Shown one piece after another: positions 8,286-18,802 of a stretch of DNA of 64,000 bases. A program made the translations under genes and the position numbers. Under the pieces are notes generated by a model that did not search any database, was not told where the DNA came from, and saw only the letters and a list, made by a program, of their open reading frames with translations. Source of the stretch: an uncultured delta proteobacterium (GTDB lineage: Bacteria > Desulfobacterota > Desulfobacteria > Desulfobacterales > JAHEIW01); the NCBI GenBank assembly GCA_963706575.1, contig CAVPNL010000009.1:224001-288000 (forward strand), in the 5' to 3' direction. Each line of letters opens with the position of its first letter. Position 1 is the first letter of the stretch.

Positions 8286-9410
8286 TCAGACGGCCAGTGC
8301 GCCGTCTATATCGGCGATGAGGTCATCGGCATCTTCGATGCCGACGGACAACCGCAGAAGGCCATCGCTGATACCCAGTTCGGCCCGCTCTGCCGCCGTG
8401 ATTTTTTGATGCGATGTCGTTGCCGGGGAGCAAATAATGGTTTCCACCCCCCCGAGGCTGAGGGCCGGCGTGATCACCTTTAAATTTTTTAAGAATCGCT
8501 CCGGCTCCCGGCCGTCGATCTCAAATGACAGCATGCCGCCGAATCCGTTCATCTGGTTTTTGGCCACCGCATGACCCGGATGATTTTCAAGGCCGGGATA
8601 GCGCACCTGCAGGATGCGGGGATCTTTTTCAAGGTATTCGGCAATCATCCGGGCATTGCGGTTGTGTTTGTCCACCCGGATAGCTAAAGTTTTCAGGCTT
8701 CTTTCCAGCAGGTAGCAGGTCATCGCATTCATGCTGCCGCCCAGATTGGCTGCCGTCGCTGAGATTTTGGCTGTCAGGTCTTTGCGCGTTAGCACCGCCC
8801 CGCAGCACAGATCGCTGTGGCCGCCCAGATACTTGGTGCCGCTGTGGGTGACGATGTCGATGCCCAGGTCCAGGGGATTCTGGTTAATCGGCGTGGCAAA
8901 TGTATTATCGATAATGCTGATGGCATTGCTGGCTTTGGCAATTTGAGCGGTTGCGGCGATATCCGTAATTAAAAGCAGCGGGTTGGAAGGCGTTTCAATA
9001 TAGATGACTTTGGTGTTTTTTTGGACTGCCTTTTCAATTTCATCGGCACGGTTGGATACGAAGGTATATTCGATCCCGAAGCGCTCATATTCGGCGGTTA
9101 CGAAATGATGCGTCCCACCGTAGATATCTTTTTGCAGGACCACATGATCGCCGCTGTTGAGAAAAGATAACATGGCGGTGCTGATGGCCGCCATACCCGA
9201 GCCAAACAGCAGCCCGTCTTCGGCATTTTCCAGCTCGCACAGCTTCTGAACCACGGCTTTTTGATTGGGGACGTTGAAGTACCGCGGATACACGTTTTCG
9301 GGTGTATCCAGGTATTCAAAAGAAGAAGACGTATAAATCGGTGTGTTGAGACCCCGGGTGTTGGGGTCGATGCGGGTGCCGCTGTGCACGCAGCGGGTGT
9401 CTTTTCTCAT
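8286..9410 (-). CDS. PLP-dependent Cys/Met metabolism enzyme (cystathionine gamma-synthase/beta-lyase/methionine gamma-lyase family)
   Basis: 'SGMAAI', 'ETPSNP', 'DNTFATP', 'HSGTKYLGGHSD', 'SLGGVET', 'LRLSVGIED'. Confidence 0.93.
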   Translation of the reverse strand: MRKDTRCVHSGTRIDPNTRGLNTPIYTSSSFEYLDTPENVYPRYFNVPNQKAVVQKLCELENAEDGLLFGSGMAAISTAMLSFLNSGDHVVLQKDIYGGTHHFVTAEYERFGIEYTFVSNRADEIEKAVQKNTKVIYIETPSNPLLLITDIAATAQIAKASNAISIIDNTFATPINQNPLDLGIDIVTHSGTKYLGGHSDLCCGAVLTRKDLTAKISATAANLGGSMNAMTCYLLERSLKTLAIRVDKHNRNARMIAEYLEKDPRILQVRYPGLENHPGHAVAKNQMNGFGGMLSFEIDGREPERFLKNLKVITPALSLGGVETIICSPATTSHQKITAAERAELGISDGLLRLSVGIEDADDLIADIDGALAV

Positions 9411-9594
9411 GATCAAGTCCTCCTATAATTCGGTGGCATTTGATCTATAAGAACCATACTGTGTATCTGTTTGGCAATGATTTTTTACGCTATACCATTA
9501 CAAAGGCCCAAGCGGATCGAGCAAGCACCCATCGCCGTTAAACCCGTTCAATTTTTATCATCAGGCAGCCGAGCCCATGATGATGGCAGATCTC

Positions 9595-9849
9595 TTATTG
9601 CGTGTTGAGGCCCGCCTGATTATATATTTCTTTCCATTGGACAAAAGGGATACTTTTGAGTTCTTGCAGATCGCTTGCGGGGATGCAGCCAACCGTTGAG
9701 TTGGGAATGTAAAAACACTGTTGTCCTTTGTGCGGGCCCTCTTCCAGGGTCCAGCCTTCATGAACGGCCACTTTTTTGCCCACAAAGTCGGCGGCATCGG
9801 AATTGTACTCGGTATCATTTGACGGTTGAAATACGGCTTCAAAATACAT
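9595..9849 (-). CDS. small hypothetical protein
   Basis: 84-aa ORF with AAGGAG RBS; no recognisable family. Confidence 0.65.
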   Translation of the reverse strand: MYFEAVFQPSNDTEYNSDAADFVGKKVAVHEGWTLEEGPHKGQQCFYIPNSTVGCIPASDLQELKSIPFVQWKEIYNQAGLNTQ

Positions 9850-9993
9850 AATTTAACTCCTTGATAAAAACATTATAGGGTTGAACGAATCCGATTAAAG
9901 GGTTAAAAGCTCGCTAAAATACGCCTAAAAAAATAAAAGTCAATATTTTTTCGCAAATTTTTTAATTTGTTTTTAGAAAAACCTATTCAGTCT

Positions 9994-11724
9994 ATGCCTG
10001 TCCATAACACCGATATCGCCGACATTTTTGAGGAGATCGCTGATTTCCTGGAGATCGAAGGGGAAAATCCCTTTCGCATCCGGGCCTATCGCAATGCGGC
10101 CCGTACGGTCAGAGGGCTGGGATCGGAATTGAAAGATATGCTGGCTGCAGGTGAAGATCTAACAAAACTGCCGGGCATCGGTAAAGAGCTGGCTGCCAAG
10201 ATTTGTGAAATACTGGAAACCGGCACGGCCAAAGCGCTGATCAAACTTCAGCAGCGCATTCCCAAAACGGTTATCGAAATGTTAAAACTGCCCAACCTGG
10301 GTCCCAAACGCGTGCGGATTTTATACCAGGATCTAAAAATAAAAAACCTTAAACAGCTATCTAAAGCTGCCCGCAAAGGGCGCATCCGCGCCCTCGAGGG
10401 CTTCGGTGAAAAGACCGAAACGGCCATTGTTGAAGCCATTGAAGCCCGGGCTCAAAAAGAAAAACGCTATAAGATTGCAGCGGTCAAGCCGACCGTCGAC
10501 AGCCTTGTTGATTTTCTGAAAAAGGTGTCCGGCGTCATCGATGTGGTGGCGGCCGGCAGTTACCGGCGCTCCCGGGAAACCGTGGGCGACCTGGATATTC
10601 TGGTCACGGCCCGTAAAAGCAGCCCGGTGATGAAGCGGTTACTGGAATATGATGCGGTCGCCAGGGTGTTGTCCCGCGGCGCCACCCGCTCCAGCGTGGT
10701 CCTGCGGTCCGGCCTGCAGGTTGATTTACGTTTGGTGGCACAATCCAGCTTCGGCGCTGCCCTACAATATTTTACCGGAAGTAAAGACCATAATATTGCC
10801 ATCCGCCGCCTGGGGCAGCAGCGGGGTTTAAAGATTAATGAATACGGGGTGTTCCGGTTTGAAAAACAGGTGGCCGGGCGGACAGAGGCTTCCGTTTATC
10901 GAGGCGTGGATTTGCCTTACATCCCGCCGGAGTTACGGGAGAATCGCGGTGAAATAGAGGCTGCCGGAGATAATCGGCTGCCCGAACTGGTTGAAATCAA
11001 AGACCTCAAAGGTGATTTACATGCTCACACCTTTGCCAGCGATGGGCGAAACAGCATCGAAGAGATGGCGCTGGCTGCCAAAAAGCACGGCTTAAAATAC
11101 ATTGCCGTTACAGAACATTCCGATCGACTCAAGGTCGCCGGCGGTCTGGATCCGCCGCAATTGATGCAGCAGATCGATGAGATTGAGCGTCTCAATGACC
11201 GTTTAAAAGGCATTCGGATTCTAAAAGGCCTTGAAGTTGAAATCCTGGAGGACGGCACCCTGGATTTGCCGGATGCGGTTCTGGCGCGGCTGGATCTGGT
11301 GGTGGGAACGGTTCACAGTTATTTCAATTTGCCGCTTGAAAAACAGACCGAGCGTATTATGCGTGCCATGGATCATCGTTATTTTAGCATGCTGGCCCAT
11401 CCCACCGGCCGCCTGATCGATGAGCGCGAGCCCTATCAGGTCGATATGACCCGGATTATCCATAAAGCCAGGGACCGCGGCTGTTTCCTTGAGCTCAATT
11501 CCAATCCGCGACGCCTGGACCTTTATGATATTTACTGTCAGGTCGCCAGGGAGGAAGGGGTTCTGGTATCGATCAATTCCGATGCCCACAGCATAAACGA
11601 TTTTAAATATCTGGCCTTCGGTGTGGGTCAGGCCCGACGTGGCTGGCTGGAAAAAGACGATGTGCTCAACACCCGGTCCCTGGCGCAGCTGCGCAAGCTG
11701 CTCAAGCAAACCATGGGTTCCTAA
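9994..11724 (+). CDS. polX: DNA polymerase X / PHP 3'-5' exonuclease
   Basis: 'GENPFRIRAY', 'GSYRR', catalytic 'GDLDIL' and 'VDLR', 'YFTGSK'; PHP motifs HAHT, TEH, AHP, NSDAH. Confidence 0.96.
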   Translation: MPVHNTDIADIFEEIADFLEIEGENPFRIRAYRNAARTVRGLGSELKDMLAAGEDLTKLPGIGKELAAKICEILETGTAKALIKLQQRIPKTVIEMLKLPNLGPKRVRILYQDLKIKNLKQLSKAARKGRIRALEGFGEKTETAIVEAIEARAQKEKRYKIAAVKPTVDSLVDFLKKVSGVIDVVAAGSYRRSRETVGDLDILVTARKSSPVMKRLLEYDAVARVLSRGATRSSVVLRSGLQVDLRLVAQSSFGAALQYFTGSKDHNIAIRRLGQQRGLKINEYGVFRFEKQVAGRTEASVYRGVDLPYIPPELRENRGEIEAAGDNRLPELVEIKDLKGDLHAHTFASDGRNSIEEMALAAKKHGLKYIAVTEHSDRLKVAGGLDPPQLMQQIDEIERLNDRLKGIRILKGLEVEILEDGTLDLPDAVLARLDLVVGTVHSYFNLPLEKQTERIMRAMDHRYFSMLAHPTGRLIDEREPYQVDMTRIIHKARDRGCFLELNSNPRRLDLYDIYCQVAREEGVLVSINSDAHSINDFKYLAFGVGQARRGWLEKDDVLNTRSLAQLRKLLKQTMGS

Positions 11725-11900
11725 GGTTCAACGGTTCAGGGTTCAGAGGTTCGATCCACAGATTACGCAGATTATCGCAGATTTGTGGGTTGATAAAAAA
11801 TCGAAGTTAAATGGTCAATTAGTTGATTCGTTAAATAGTTTAAAACGTAATAAATCTTTTGACGAATTGACTATTCAACTATTTGATCAATCAACCATTT
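11724..11900 (+). repeat. composite repeat element, left copy of a ~165-bp inverted pair
   Basis: GGTTCAG heptamers, CAGATTACG nonamers and a TTGATTCG/TTAAATAG octamer hairpin. Its reverse complement is at 13873-14038. Confidence 0.85.
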
Positions 11901-11968
11901 TTCCGAAAATAATTCTTGACAAACCATTAATTAGTGAATAATTATCTGATAAAGAGGATAATTAAAGA

Positions 11969-12433
11969 ATGATTGACGCTATTAGCTTAAAAATACTGAA
12001 AATATTGCAGGAAAAAGCGCGGATTCCCAATGTGGAGGTGGCCCGGCAGGTAGGGATGGCGCCATCGGCGGTGCTGGAACGAATCCGCAAGCTCGAAAAA
12101 CAGGGTTTTATCGACGGCTATGAGGTCCGGCTGAACCCGAAACGATTTGCCAAAAGCCTGGTAGCATTTGTGACGGTGAAATTAAAAAAACTGGGCGAGG
12201 AAATTAAGGTCGGGGAAACGCTGTCCGACATACCCGAGGTCCAGGAAGTTCATTACGTGGCGGGGGAAGACGCCTTTCTGGTTAAAATCCGGGCGGCCGA
12301 CACCGAAGCGCTCAGCCGCCTGACCCGGGATAAAATCGCCTCCATCGGGGCGGTGAAATCCACCCAAACGGCGATTGCACTGTCAACCTATAAGGAGACG
12401 GCCAGGATTCCGATTGAAATTGTAAGTGCCTAA
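11969..12433 (+). CDS. Lrp/AsnC family transcriptional regulator
   Basis: HTH 'EVARQVGMAPSAVLERIRKLE'; RAM domain 'EVHYVAGEDAFLVK'. Confidence 0.95.
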   Translation: MIDAISLKILKILQEKARIPNVEVARQVGMAPSAVLERIRKLEKQGFIDGYEVRLNPKRFAKSLVAFVTVKLKKLGEEIKVGETLSDIPEVQEVHYVAGEDAFLVKIRAADTEALSRLTRDKIASIGAVKSTQTAIALSTYKETARIPIEIVSA

Positions 12434-12582
12434 AATGACTAAAGTGAGCTAAAGTGCCTAAAATTTTGGTGTCGCTCGCGCAGCGCAGGCGCTTGCGCCG
12501 CGTGTCGCTCCATCTTTTTTATGTTTAAATGACAGAATTCCTTAACTTTAGTCACTTTAGTTCACTTCTTACTTTAGGCACT
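12424..12582. repeat. inverted-arm element of tandem TAAAGTG(N2-3) units
   Basis: aagtgcctaaaatgactaaagtgagctaaagtgcctaaa ... actttagtcactttagttcacttcttactttaggcact. It overlaps the lrp stop codon; related copies are at 26710 and 34911. Confidence 0.8.
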
Positions 12583-12626
12583 AAGCATAATATTCCAACT
12601 TGTATGACACCAGGAAAGGGTGAAAC

Positions 12627-13850
12627 ATGATCAAAATTAACGAAAACTATTTGAAACTGCAGGCGTCGTATCTATTTTCGGAAATCAGAAGGCGAACCGA
12701 TGAATTTCAGGAGAAACATCCGGACAAGGAGATCATCAAGCTCGGCATCGGGGACGTTACCCGGCCCCTGCCGCAAGCCTGTATCGCGGCCTTTCACCGC
12801 GCCGTGGATGAAATGGCCGATGACGCCACCTTTCGCGGATATGGCCCCGAGCAGGGATACGAATTCCTGCGGGAAAATATTGCCAAAGTTGATTTCCAGG
12901 ACCGGGGTGCGGATATTTCCGCCAGCGAGGTCTTTGTAAGTGACGGGGCCAAGTGTGACACCGGCAATATCCAGGAAATTTTCGCAAGCGACATCCGCAT
13001 CGCCATTCCCGATCCGGTTTATCCGGTCTATCTGGACACCAATGTAATGGCCGGCCGCACCGGATCATTTGGTGACAGCCGTTATGAAGGGCTCACCTAT
13101 CTGGAAAGCACCCGGGAAAACGGCTTTATCCCGGATCTGCCCGAGGAAAATGTTGACCTGATCTACCTGTGCTTTCCCAACAACCCCACCGGGGCCACCA
13201 TCACCCAATCGCAGCTTCAGGCCTGGGTGGACTTTGCCAGGGAAAAAAGGGCCCTGATTCTTTATGATGCCGCTTACGAGTCCTTTATTCAGGATCCTGA
13301 TCTGCCCAAATCGATATTTGAGATCGAGGGCGCCCGGGAAGTGGCCATTGAATTTAGAAGCTTTTCCAAAACGGCCGGATTTACCGGGACCCGCTGTGCC
13401 TATACGGTCGTGCCGACCTCCTGCACAGCTTATACCGCCAACGGCGAAGCCCATTCCGTCCATGATTTATGGTTTCGGCGTCAGTCCACCAAGTTCAACG
13501 CGGTTTCTTATCCGGTCCAGAGAGCGGCTGCGGCCATATACAGCGATGAGGGCCGGGCGCAGGCCAGGGCCCTGATTAAATATTATCTTAAAAACGCAGC
13601 GCTGATCCGAAAGGAAATGGAAGCCCTCGGATATGAATGCGTGGGCGGGGAAAACTCTCCCTATATCTGGATTTATGGCAAAACCGATTCCTGGAAATTT
13701 TTTAACTTGCTTCTGGAAAAAGCCGGTGTGGTCTGCACCCCGGGTGCCGGTTTTGGCAAATGCGGAGAAGGATTCATTCGTATCAGCGCATTCAACAACT
13801 ACGAAAATGTTCAACTCGCAATGCAAAAAATCAAGCAGGCGCTCAGCTGA
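12627..13850 (+). CDS. dapL: LL-diaminopimelate aminotransferase
   Basis: 'YLFSEI', 'LGIGDVT', 'GYGPEQGY', 'SDGAKCD', 'CFPNNPTG', '[13 protein letters not shown]'. Confidence 0.97.
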   Translation: MIKINENYLKLQASYLFSEIRRRTDEFQEKHPDKEIIKLGIGDVTRPLPQACIAAFHRAVDEMADDATFRGYGPEQGYEFLRENIAKVDFQDRGADISASEVFVSDGAKCDTGNIQEIFASDIRIAIPDPVYPVYLDTNVMAGRTGSFGDSRYEGLTYLESTRENGFIPDLPEENVDLIYLCFPNNPTGATITQSQLQAWVDFAREKRALILYDAAYESFIQDPDLPKSIFEIEGAREVAIEFRSFSKTAGFTGTRCAYTVVPTSCTAYTANGEAHSVHDLWFRRQSTKFNAVSYPVQRAAAAIYSDEGRAQARALIKYYLKNAALIRKEMEALGYECVGGENSPYIWIYGKTDSWKFFNLLLEKAGVVCTPGAGFGKCGEGFIRISAFNNYENVQLAMQKIKQALS

Positions 13851-13872
13851 AAATTTCATTAGCCTTGCATAG

Positions 13873-14038
13873 CTAATTGGTTAAACAGTTGATTCGTTGA
13901 ATGGTCAATTAGTCAAAGGATTTATTTCGTTTTAAACTATTTAACGAATCAACGACTTGACCATTTAACTTTACTTTTTATCAACTGAAAAAATCTGTGA
14001 TAATCTGCGTAATCTGCGGATGAAACCCTGAACCTTGA
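13873..14038 (-). repeat. composite repeat element, right (inverted) copy
   Basis: Reverse complement 'aaggttcagggtttcatccgcagattacgcagattatcacagatt..gttgataaaaa..aagttaaatggtcaa..gttgattcgttaaatagtttaaaacg..' aligns with 11724-11900. Confidence 0.85.
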
Positions 14039-14053
14039 GCGGAGTGATGAACG

Positions 14054-15370
14054 ATGCCGATGTCGCAATCCTTTGAAAACCGACTTTTACCTGTGCTGGA
14101 TGAGATTATCGATCATTTTGGGACCCCTTTTCACATCTATGACGAAGCCGGCATCCGCGAAACCGGGCAGAATTTTATAAATGCATTCTCCCGCCTGAAT
14201 GGATTCAGGGAATATTACGCCGTCAAGGCCCTGCCCAATCCGCGTATCCTGCAGATCATGCGGGATCTCGGATTCGGGTTTGACTGCAGCTCGATTCCCG
14301 AATTGATTCTTTGCCGTCAAATCGGCGCCCGGGGTGAAGGTATTGTGTTTTCTTCAAACAATACCACCGGGGATGAATTTCGTGTTGCCGCGGCCGATGG
14401 CGGCTGTATCTTAAATCTGGATGATGCTTCCCTGATTGCAAAAGTTCCCCGAATGCCCGAGACGGTCAGTTTCCGTTATAACCCCGGACCCCGCCGAACC
14501 GGCAACAGCATTATCGGTGATCCCTCGGAATCAAAATACGGGGTGTCCCACGAGCAGATCGTCCATGCGTATAAGACGGCCCGGGCTTTGGGCGCCCGAC
14601 GATTCGGGCTGCACACCATGTTGATCTCCAATGAGCTGAGCTACGCCTATATGGTTGAAACTGCGGCGATGCTGCTGGAAGTAGTAGAATTGGTTTCAAA
14701 ACAGCTGAACATAGATTTTGATTTCATCAATCTCGGCGGTGGGCTGGGGATTCCTTATCAACCGGAACAGGCGCCGCTGGATATCGATTCAATGGCTGAT
14801 GAAATATCGGATTTGTTTTTAAATTTTAAAAAGAAAACCGGCTTTCTTCCGAAGTTTCATATCGAAAGCGGGAGGTATATGACCGGGCCTCACGGCGTTC
14901 TGGTGACCACCGCCATTAATCAAAAAGACATCTATCGCAAATACATTGGCGTGGATGCCTGTATGTCTTCCTTGATGCGGCCGGCCATTTACGGCGCCTA
15001 CCATCACATTACCGTTATTGGAAAGCATCCGCAGCAACACTTTGAGAAAGTGGATGTGGTCGGGTCGCTGTGTGAAAACAACGACAAGTTTGCCATCCAG
15101 CGGCGTCTTCCCAGGATCCAGGATGGCGACCGTTTGTTGATTCACGATACCGGCGCACACGGTCATGCCATGGGGTTTAACTACAACGGCCGCCTGCGGC
15201 CTAAAGAATTGCTGCTGCGCCCAAACGGCTCTGTGGAGCTGATTCGACGCGAGGAAACCGTCGAGGACTACTTTGCCACCCTGAACTTCGCGCCCCAGGT
15301 GCTGCTGCCGGTAAAGCAGAGCGGCCTTGCGGCCTTGAAGAGCGCTGCGCTCCAGGACCACTTCGTTTGA
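14054..15370 (+). CDS. lysA: diaminopimelate decarboxylase
   Basis: 'YAVKA', 'SKYG', 'NLGGG', 'ESGRY', 'RPAIYGAYH', 'GSLCENND', 'MGFNYN'. Confidence 0.95.
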   Translation: MPMSQSFENRLLPVLDEIIDHFGTPFHIYDEAGIRETGQNFINAFSRLNGFREYYAVKALPNPRILQIMRDLGFGFDCSSIPELILCRQIGARGEGIVFSSNNTTGDEFRVAAADGGCILNLDDASLIAKVPRMPETVSFRYNPGPRRTGNSIIGDPSESKYGVSHEQIVHAYKTARALGARRFGLHTMLISNELSYAYMVETAAMLLEVVELVSKQLNIDFDFINLGGGLGIPYQPEQAPLDIDSMADEISDLFLNFKKKTGFLPKFHIESGRYMTGPHGVLVTTAINQKDIYRKYIGVDACMSSLMRPAIYGAYHHITVIGKHPQQHFEKVDVVGSLCENNDKFAIQRRLPRIQDGDRLLIHDTGAHGHAMGFNYNGRLRPKELLLRPNGSVELIRREETVEDYFATLNFAPQVLLPVKQSGLAALKSAALQDHFV

Positions 15371-15401
15371 AGACCGGCCTGACGGCCTCGAGGCCAAATT
15401 A

Positions 15402-15456
15402 GTAGGGCGGCCCTCTGTGGCCGCCGTATCTTGGCCGGCTCAGAGGCCGGCCCTAC
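15402..15456. repeat. GTAG-type REP doublet (REPIN-like)
   Basis: GTAG-GGCGGCC-ctctgt-GGCCGCC with the inverted partner GGCCGGC-tcagag-GCCGGCC-CTAC. Confidence 0.7.
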
Positions 15457-15595
15457 TTCTATCCTTGAGCTCAGCACTCATCAAGTCCCCGAGGTTTTAG
15501 GCGGGGACGCTCTTCAAGCGAAGCGCTCCTTTAACTAACCAAAAGGGTTTATACGAAATAATGGCAAAAACGACTATTAATTAGGGTGTTATTTA

Positions 15596-16390
15596 ATGAT
15601 ACAAGTAGGACCAGCGGGATCCGGCGGGTTGGGCAATCTGAAAGGTATCCGCAAGGTTGCCCGCATGCAGCTGGATTGCATGGAGGTGGAGTTCACGTAC
15701 GGGGTACGGATGTCCTTGGAAGACGCCCGGGAAGTAGGCGCGCTGGCAAAGGCAAAGGGCATCACCTTATCGGTTCATGCGCCTTATTATATCAATCTGG
15801 CATCCGATGAAAAAGAAAAGATCGTTACCAGTAAAAAGCGGATCCTGGATTCCTGTGAAAGGGCCGCCGCCCTGGGAGCACGTAATGTGGTGTTTCATGC
15901 CGGGTTTTACCAGAAGAAAACAGCTGATCAGACCTATGGCTTGATTAAAAAGGCAATTCTGGAAATTCAAGGCGAGATTAAAAAAAACAAATGGAAAGTT
16001 CAACTATGCCCCGAAATTACCGGAAAACCCTCGCAGTTCGGCTCCATGGAAGAGCTGTTGAAATTGATGAAAGCAACCGGATGCGGCATCTGCGTTGACT
16101 TTGCCCACCTGTATGCCCGATATCAGGGAGGCATCGATTATGCCAGGGTTCTAAAAAAGCTGCCCAAAAAATTTCACGCCCACTTTTCGGGCATTGAATA
16201 CGGCCCCAAAGGCGAGCGCAAACATCTTAAGACCACCCAAAAATTCTTTGAGCCCCTGGCCCAAGCGTTGCTCAAAACCAAACGCGACGTCACCCTGATC
16301 TGCGAATCGCCCCAGCCCTACAAAGATGCCGCCATGATGAAAAGAGCGGTCACCGCGCTTATGACCGCAAAAAAGAAACCCTCGGTCTAA
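15596..16390 (+). CDS. nfo: endonuclease IV-like AP endonuclease (TIM barrel)
   Basis: 'SVHAPYYINLAS', 'VFHAG', 'PEITGK', 'DFAH', 'HAHFSG', 'ICES'. Confidence 0.82.
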   Translation: MIQVGPAGSGGLGNLKGIRKVARMQLDCMEVEFTYGVRMSLEDAREVGALAKAKGITLSVHAPYYINLASDEKEKIVTSKKRILDSCERAAALGARNVVFHAGFYQKKTADQTYGLIKKAILEIQGEIKKNKWKVQLCPEITGKPSQFGSMEELLKLMKATGCGICVDFAHLYARYQGGIDYARVLKKLPKKFHAHFSGIEYGPKGERKHLKTTQKFFEPLAQALLKTKRDVTLICESPQPYKDAAMMKRAVTALMTAKKKPSV

Positions 16391-16636
16391 CTCCACAAGC
16401 GGACCCGACCATGTTATCCTCTAAAAACCCTTGTTAAATCGATTTGGAATCTGTATTTTTCAGAGGAGCAGGTTTCGGGTGAAATCCCGGCTTGCACACT
16501 CTGCCGATTTTCACTGTGTTCTGCCAAGTATTATCTTTTTTCCTTTAGCCGGGGATGGTCTCATTATATCTATACGGTTGATCTACCCCTTATTCTGGCG
16601 AATTGCCTGGACCTGTCTAAAACATAAGAGGATGTG

Positions 16637-16972
16637 ATGGAGTTTAGCATAATACCGGATAAAGAGGCCCTGAGTAAGTGTGCATGGTGCCAGAGCCATA
16701 TTGCCGACCATATGGAAGTTTTTGGTTTTGGCGCAAAGCTAAAGTCGAATTTTGACCTGTCTGAATATGAAGGCCATTGCATTGAGATCGGGCTGGCTTC
16801 AGATGAAAAGTCTGTTTGTATGATGGTAACAGGCCAGGGCTCGGAAGCCAAAAATGAAGGTAAGGACGCTATGTTTTTAGTTTGTTCTGAAAAGTGCGCT
16901 AAAAAGCTAAAGAAGGTTCTTGAACAAGGAATTTCTTTAGGCGAGATGTTCAAAAAAGTATGGTTCGATTAG
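16637..16972 (+). CDS. hypothetical protein with CxxC ... CSEKC putative zinc site
   Basis: 'KCAWC' and 'VCSEKC'; GAGGA RBS. Confidence 0.7.
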   Translation: MEFSIIPDKEALSKCAWCQSHIADHMEVFGFGAKLKSNFDLSEYEGHCIEIGLASDEKSVCMMVTGQGSEAKNEGKDAMFLVCSEKCAKKLKKVLEQGISLGEMFKKVWFD

Positions 16973-17081
16973 GCATCACTGCTTACCAATAGAGGACAAA
17001 TAGATGTCAGAGAACTGGAAATGCATTACGCCGCCGACCCGGAGTTTCGCAGGTTTTCCGGTATGAACGCAACTCAACACG

Positions 17082-17835
17082 CTAAGATTCTTTTTTCTTA
17101 TTTAAAGGGCAGACTTTCAAACATTCATCACACTTAAGCCAGTAATGATATCCGGCCGTATTGATAACTCTCTCAATATGCTTCAGCCCCTGCTCATCCT
17201 TAAAAGCGATCGGATAGATTGCGTGCTTTATGCAATAATGCATGCACTTGGCTTTATTAAACTCCCCGTGGTCTGCAAAAGCATCGGGTGGGCAGACCGT
17301 GTGGCAGGCATTGCAGCGTTTCGGGCACACCTGTTTGCGGATCACCGGGTCGCCGGGCAATTCAGCGCTGGTCACCACCGCCCCCAATCGCAACAGCGAA
17401 CCGTATTGGGGGTGATACATAAGGCCGCTGCGGCCGAACACCCCGAGTCCGGCACAGACGGCCGCATGTTTCAGGGAAATGAGCCCCCACGGTTCCATTT
17501 CATGATAAACCAATGGTGCGTAGCTGGGAATCGGAACCGCCAAGATGTTCTGCCCGGGCTTCAATAAAATTGCAAAGCGACAGGGCCAGCTCGTCCAGGT
17601 GCATATAAAGCGTGTGATAGCTCCGATGCAGCACATACAGATTGTAATCGGGTGACCGCAGCATGCCCTGCGGTACGGTTATCCCGAACACAATCACCGT
17701 CCGGGCATCCTGGCAGGCATTGGCGGGATGATGCATTTCCGGGGCATTATTAAAGCGGTCTGCCGGTGCAAAACCAACAGCGCTAACATTTTCCCCCAAA
17801 TGATTAATAATTGCTTCCTTTAAATCAACTGCCAT
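17082..17835 (-). CDS. QueG-like / reductive-dehalogenase-like 4Fe-4S protein (one +1 frameshift near 17540)
   Basis: Two ORFs join ('VGFAPADRF..' + 'SLKHAAVCAGLGVFGRS', CxxxCxxCxxxCP, CxxCxxxCP); removing one base restores '..EHLAVPIPSY'. Confidence 0.8.
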
Positions 17836-17899
17836 ATCTAGACTCTCAATCTTCTCCCGGCGCTTTCAAGCTGACCGGGTTTATTAGAAGCCATCCGTA

Positions 17900-18778
17900 T
17901 TAAGCATCACTGATGCGCTCAAAAACTTTTTTAACGGCTGCAAAGTCCATGTCGGCCAGACCCTGCCCCATGCTCTGGCGGTAAAGCTGGAAGACGGTGT
18001 GCCCGATGGGTGCCATGGCCCCATTTTCATCGGCGGTTTGCAGCGCAAAGCGAATGTCCTTGGTCATGTGTTTCAGCGGAAATTGGGCTGAAAAACTGTC
18101 ATCGATCAGCATCGGTTTCTTAAATTCGAAAAGGGCGCATCCCATGGGACCCGCAAGCATGGTCTCCAGCATGGTGGCGGTGTCCAGGCCGCATTTTTGC
18201 CCCAGGTTGACGGCCTCGGAAATGCCGGCGGCCATGATGCCCAGAAGCAGATTGACCGCCATTTTCATACTCGAGCCCTGGCCGGCTTCACCGCAATAGA
18301 CCACTTTTTTGCCCATGCACATAAACAGGGGCTCTAACTCGGTGACTTTATCTTTGGGGCCGCCGGCCAGAATGACCAGGGCACCTTCCTCAGCCGGTTT
18401 GCGGGAGCCTGAAACCGGTGCGTCAATAGCCGTAACCGATTCGGCGGTAAGTTTTTCGGCAAGCTGTTTTGAATACGCCGGTGAAACCGTACTCATGTTG
18501 ACCAGGATTTGGCCGGCCTTCATGCCGGCCATCAGGCCTTCGGGTCCTTCCAAAACCGCATCGATGGCTTCCGGGCCGGCCAGCATCAATATGATCACAT
18601 CGGATGCTTCAGCCACGGCTTTTGGTGTTGACGCCACGCTTGCCCCGGCGTCGGCCAGGGGCGTTGCCTTTTCACTCGAACGATTAAAAACGGTGAGTTG
18701 AAAATCGCCTTTCGCAACGTTTTGGGCCATGGGCTGACCCATAATTCCCAATCCGATAAATCCGACGTTTAATGCCAT
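17900..18778 (-). CDS. beta-hydroxyacid dehydrogenase (3-hydroxyisobutyrate DH/GarR family)
   Basis: 'GFIGLGIMG', 'DAPVSGS', catalytic 'KMAVN', 'FPLKHMTKD'. Confidence 0.92.
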   Translation of the reverse strand: MALNVGFIGLGIMGQPMAQNVAKGDFQLTVFNRSSEKATPLADAGASVASTPKAVAEASDVIILMLAGPEAIDAVLEGPEGLMAGMKAGQILVNMSTVSPAYSKQLAEKLTAESVTAIDAPVSGSRKPAEEGALVILAGGPKDKVTELEPLFMCMGKKVVYCGEAGQGSSMKMAVNLLLGIMAAGISEAVNLGQKCGLDTATMLETMLAGPMGCALFEFKKPMLIDDSFSAQFPLKHMTKDIRFALQTADENGAMAPIGHTVFQLYRQSMGQGLADMDFAAVKKVFERISDA

Positions 18779-18802
18779 TTTTTCCTCCTTAAAAAAAAAT
18801 TC

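Noticed and set aside
12433..12627. Lysine riboswitch upstream of dapL or lysA
   Set aside because: Both spacers are filled by repeat elements also found elsewhere in the window, and I could not see L-box conserved motifs; an Rfam scan would be needed to exclude it fully.
15484..15508. AAGTCCCCGAGGTTTTAGGCGGGGAC hairpin as an IS200/IS605 end
   Set aside because: Single isolated palindrome with no tnpA/tnpB or partner end; it could be a terminator.
9994..16390. PolX plus endonuclease IV-like gene as a dedicated repair or defence island
   Set aside because: They are separated by lrp-dapL-lysA, no ligase or Ku gene is nearby, and both are common housekeeping genes.
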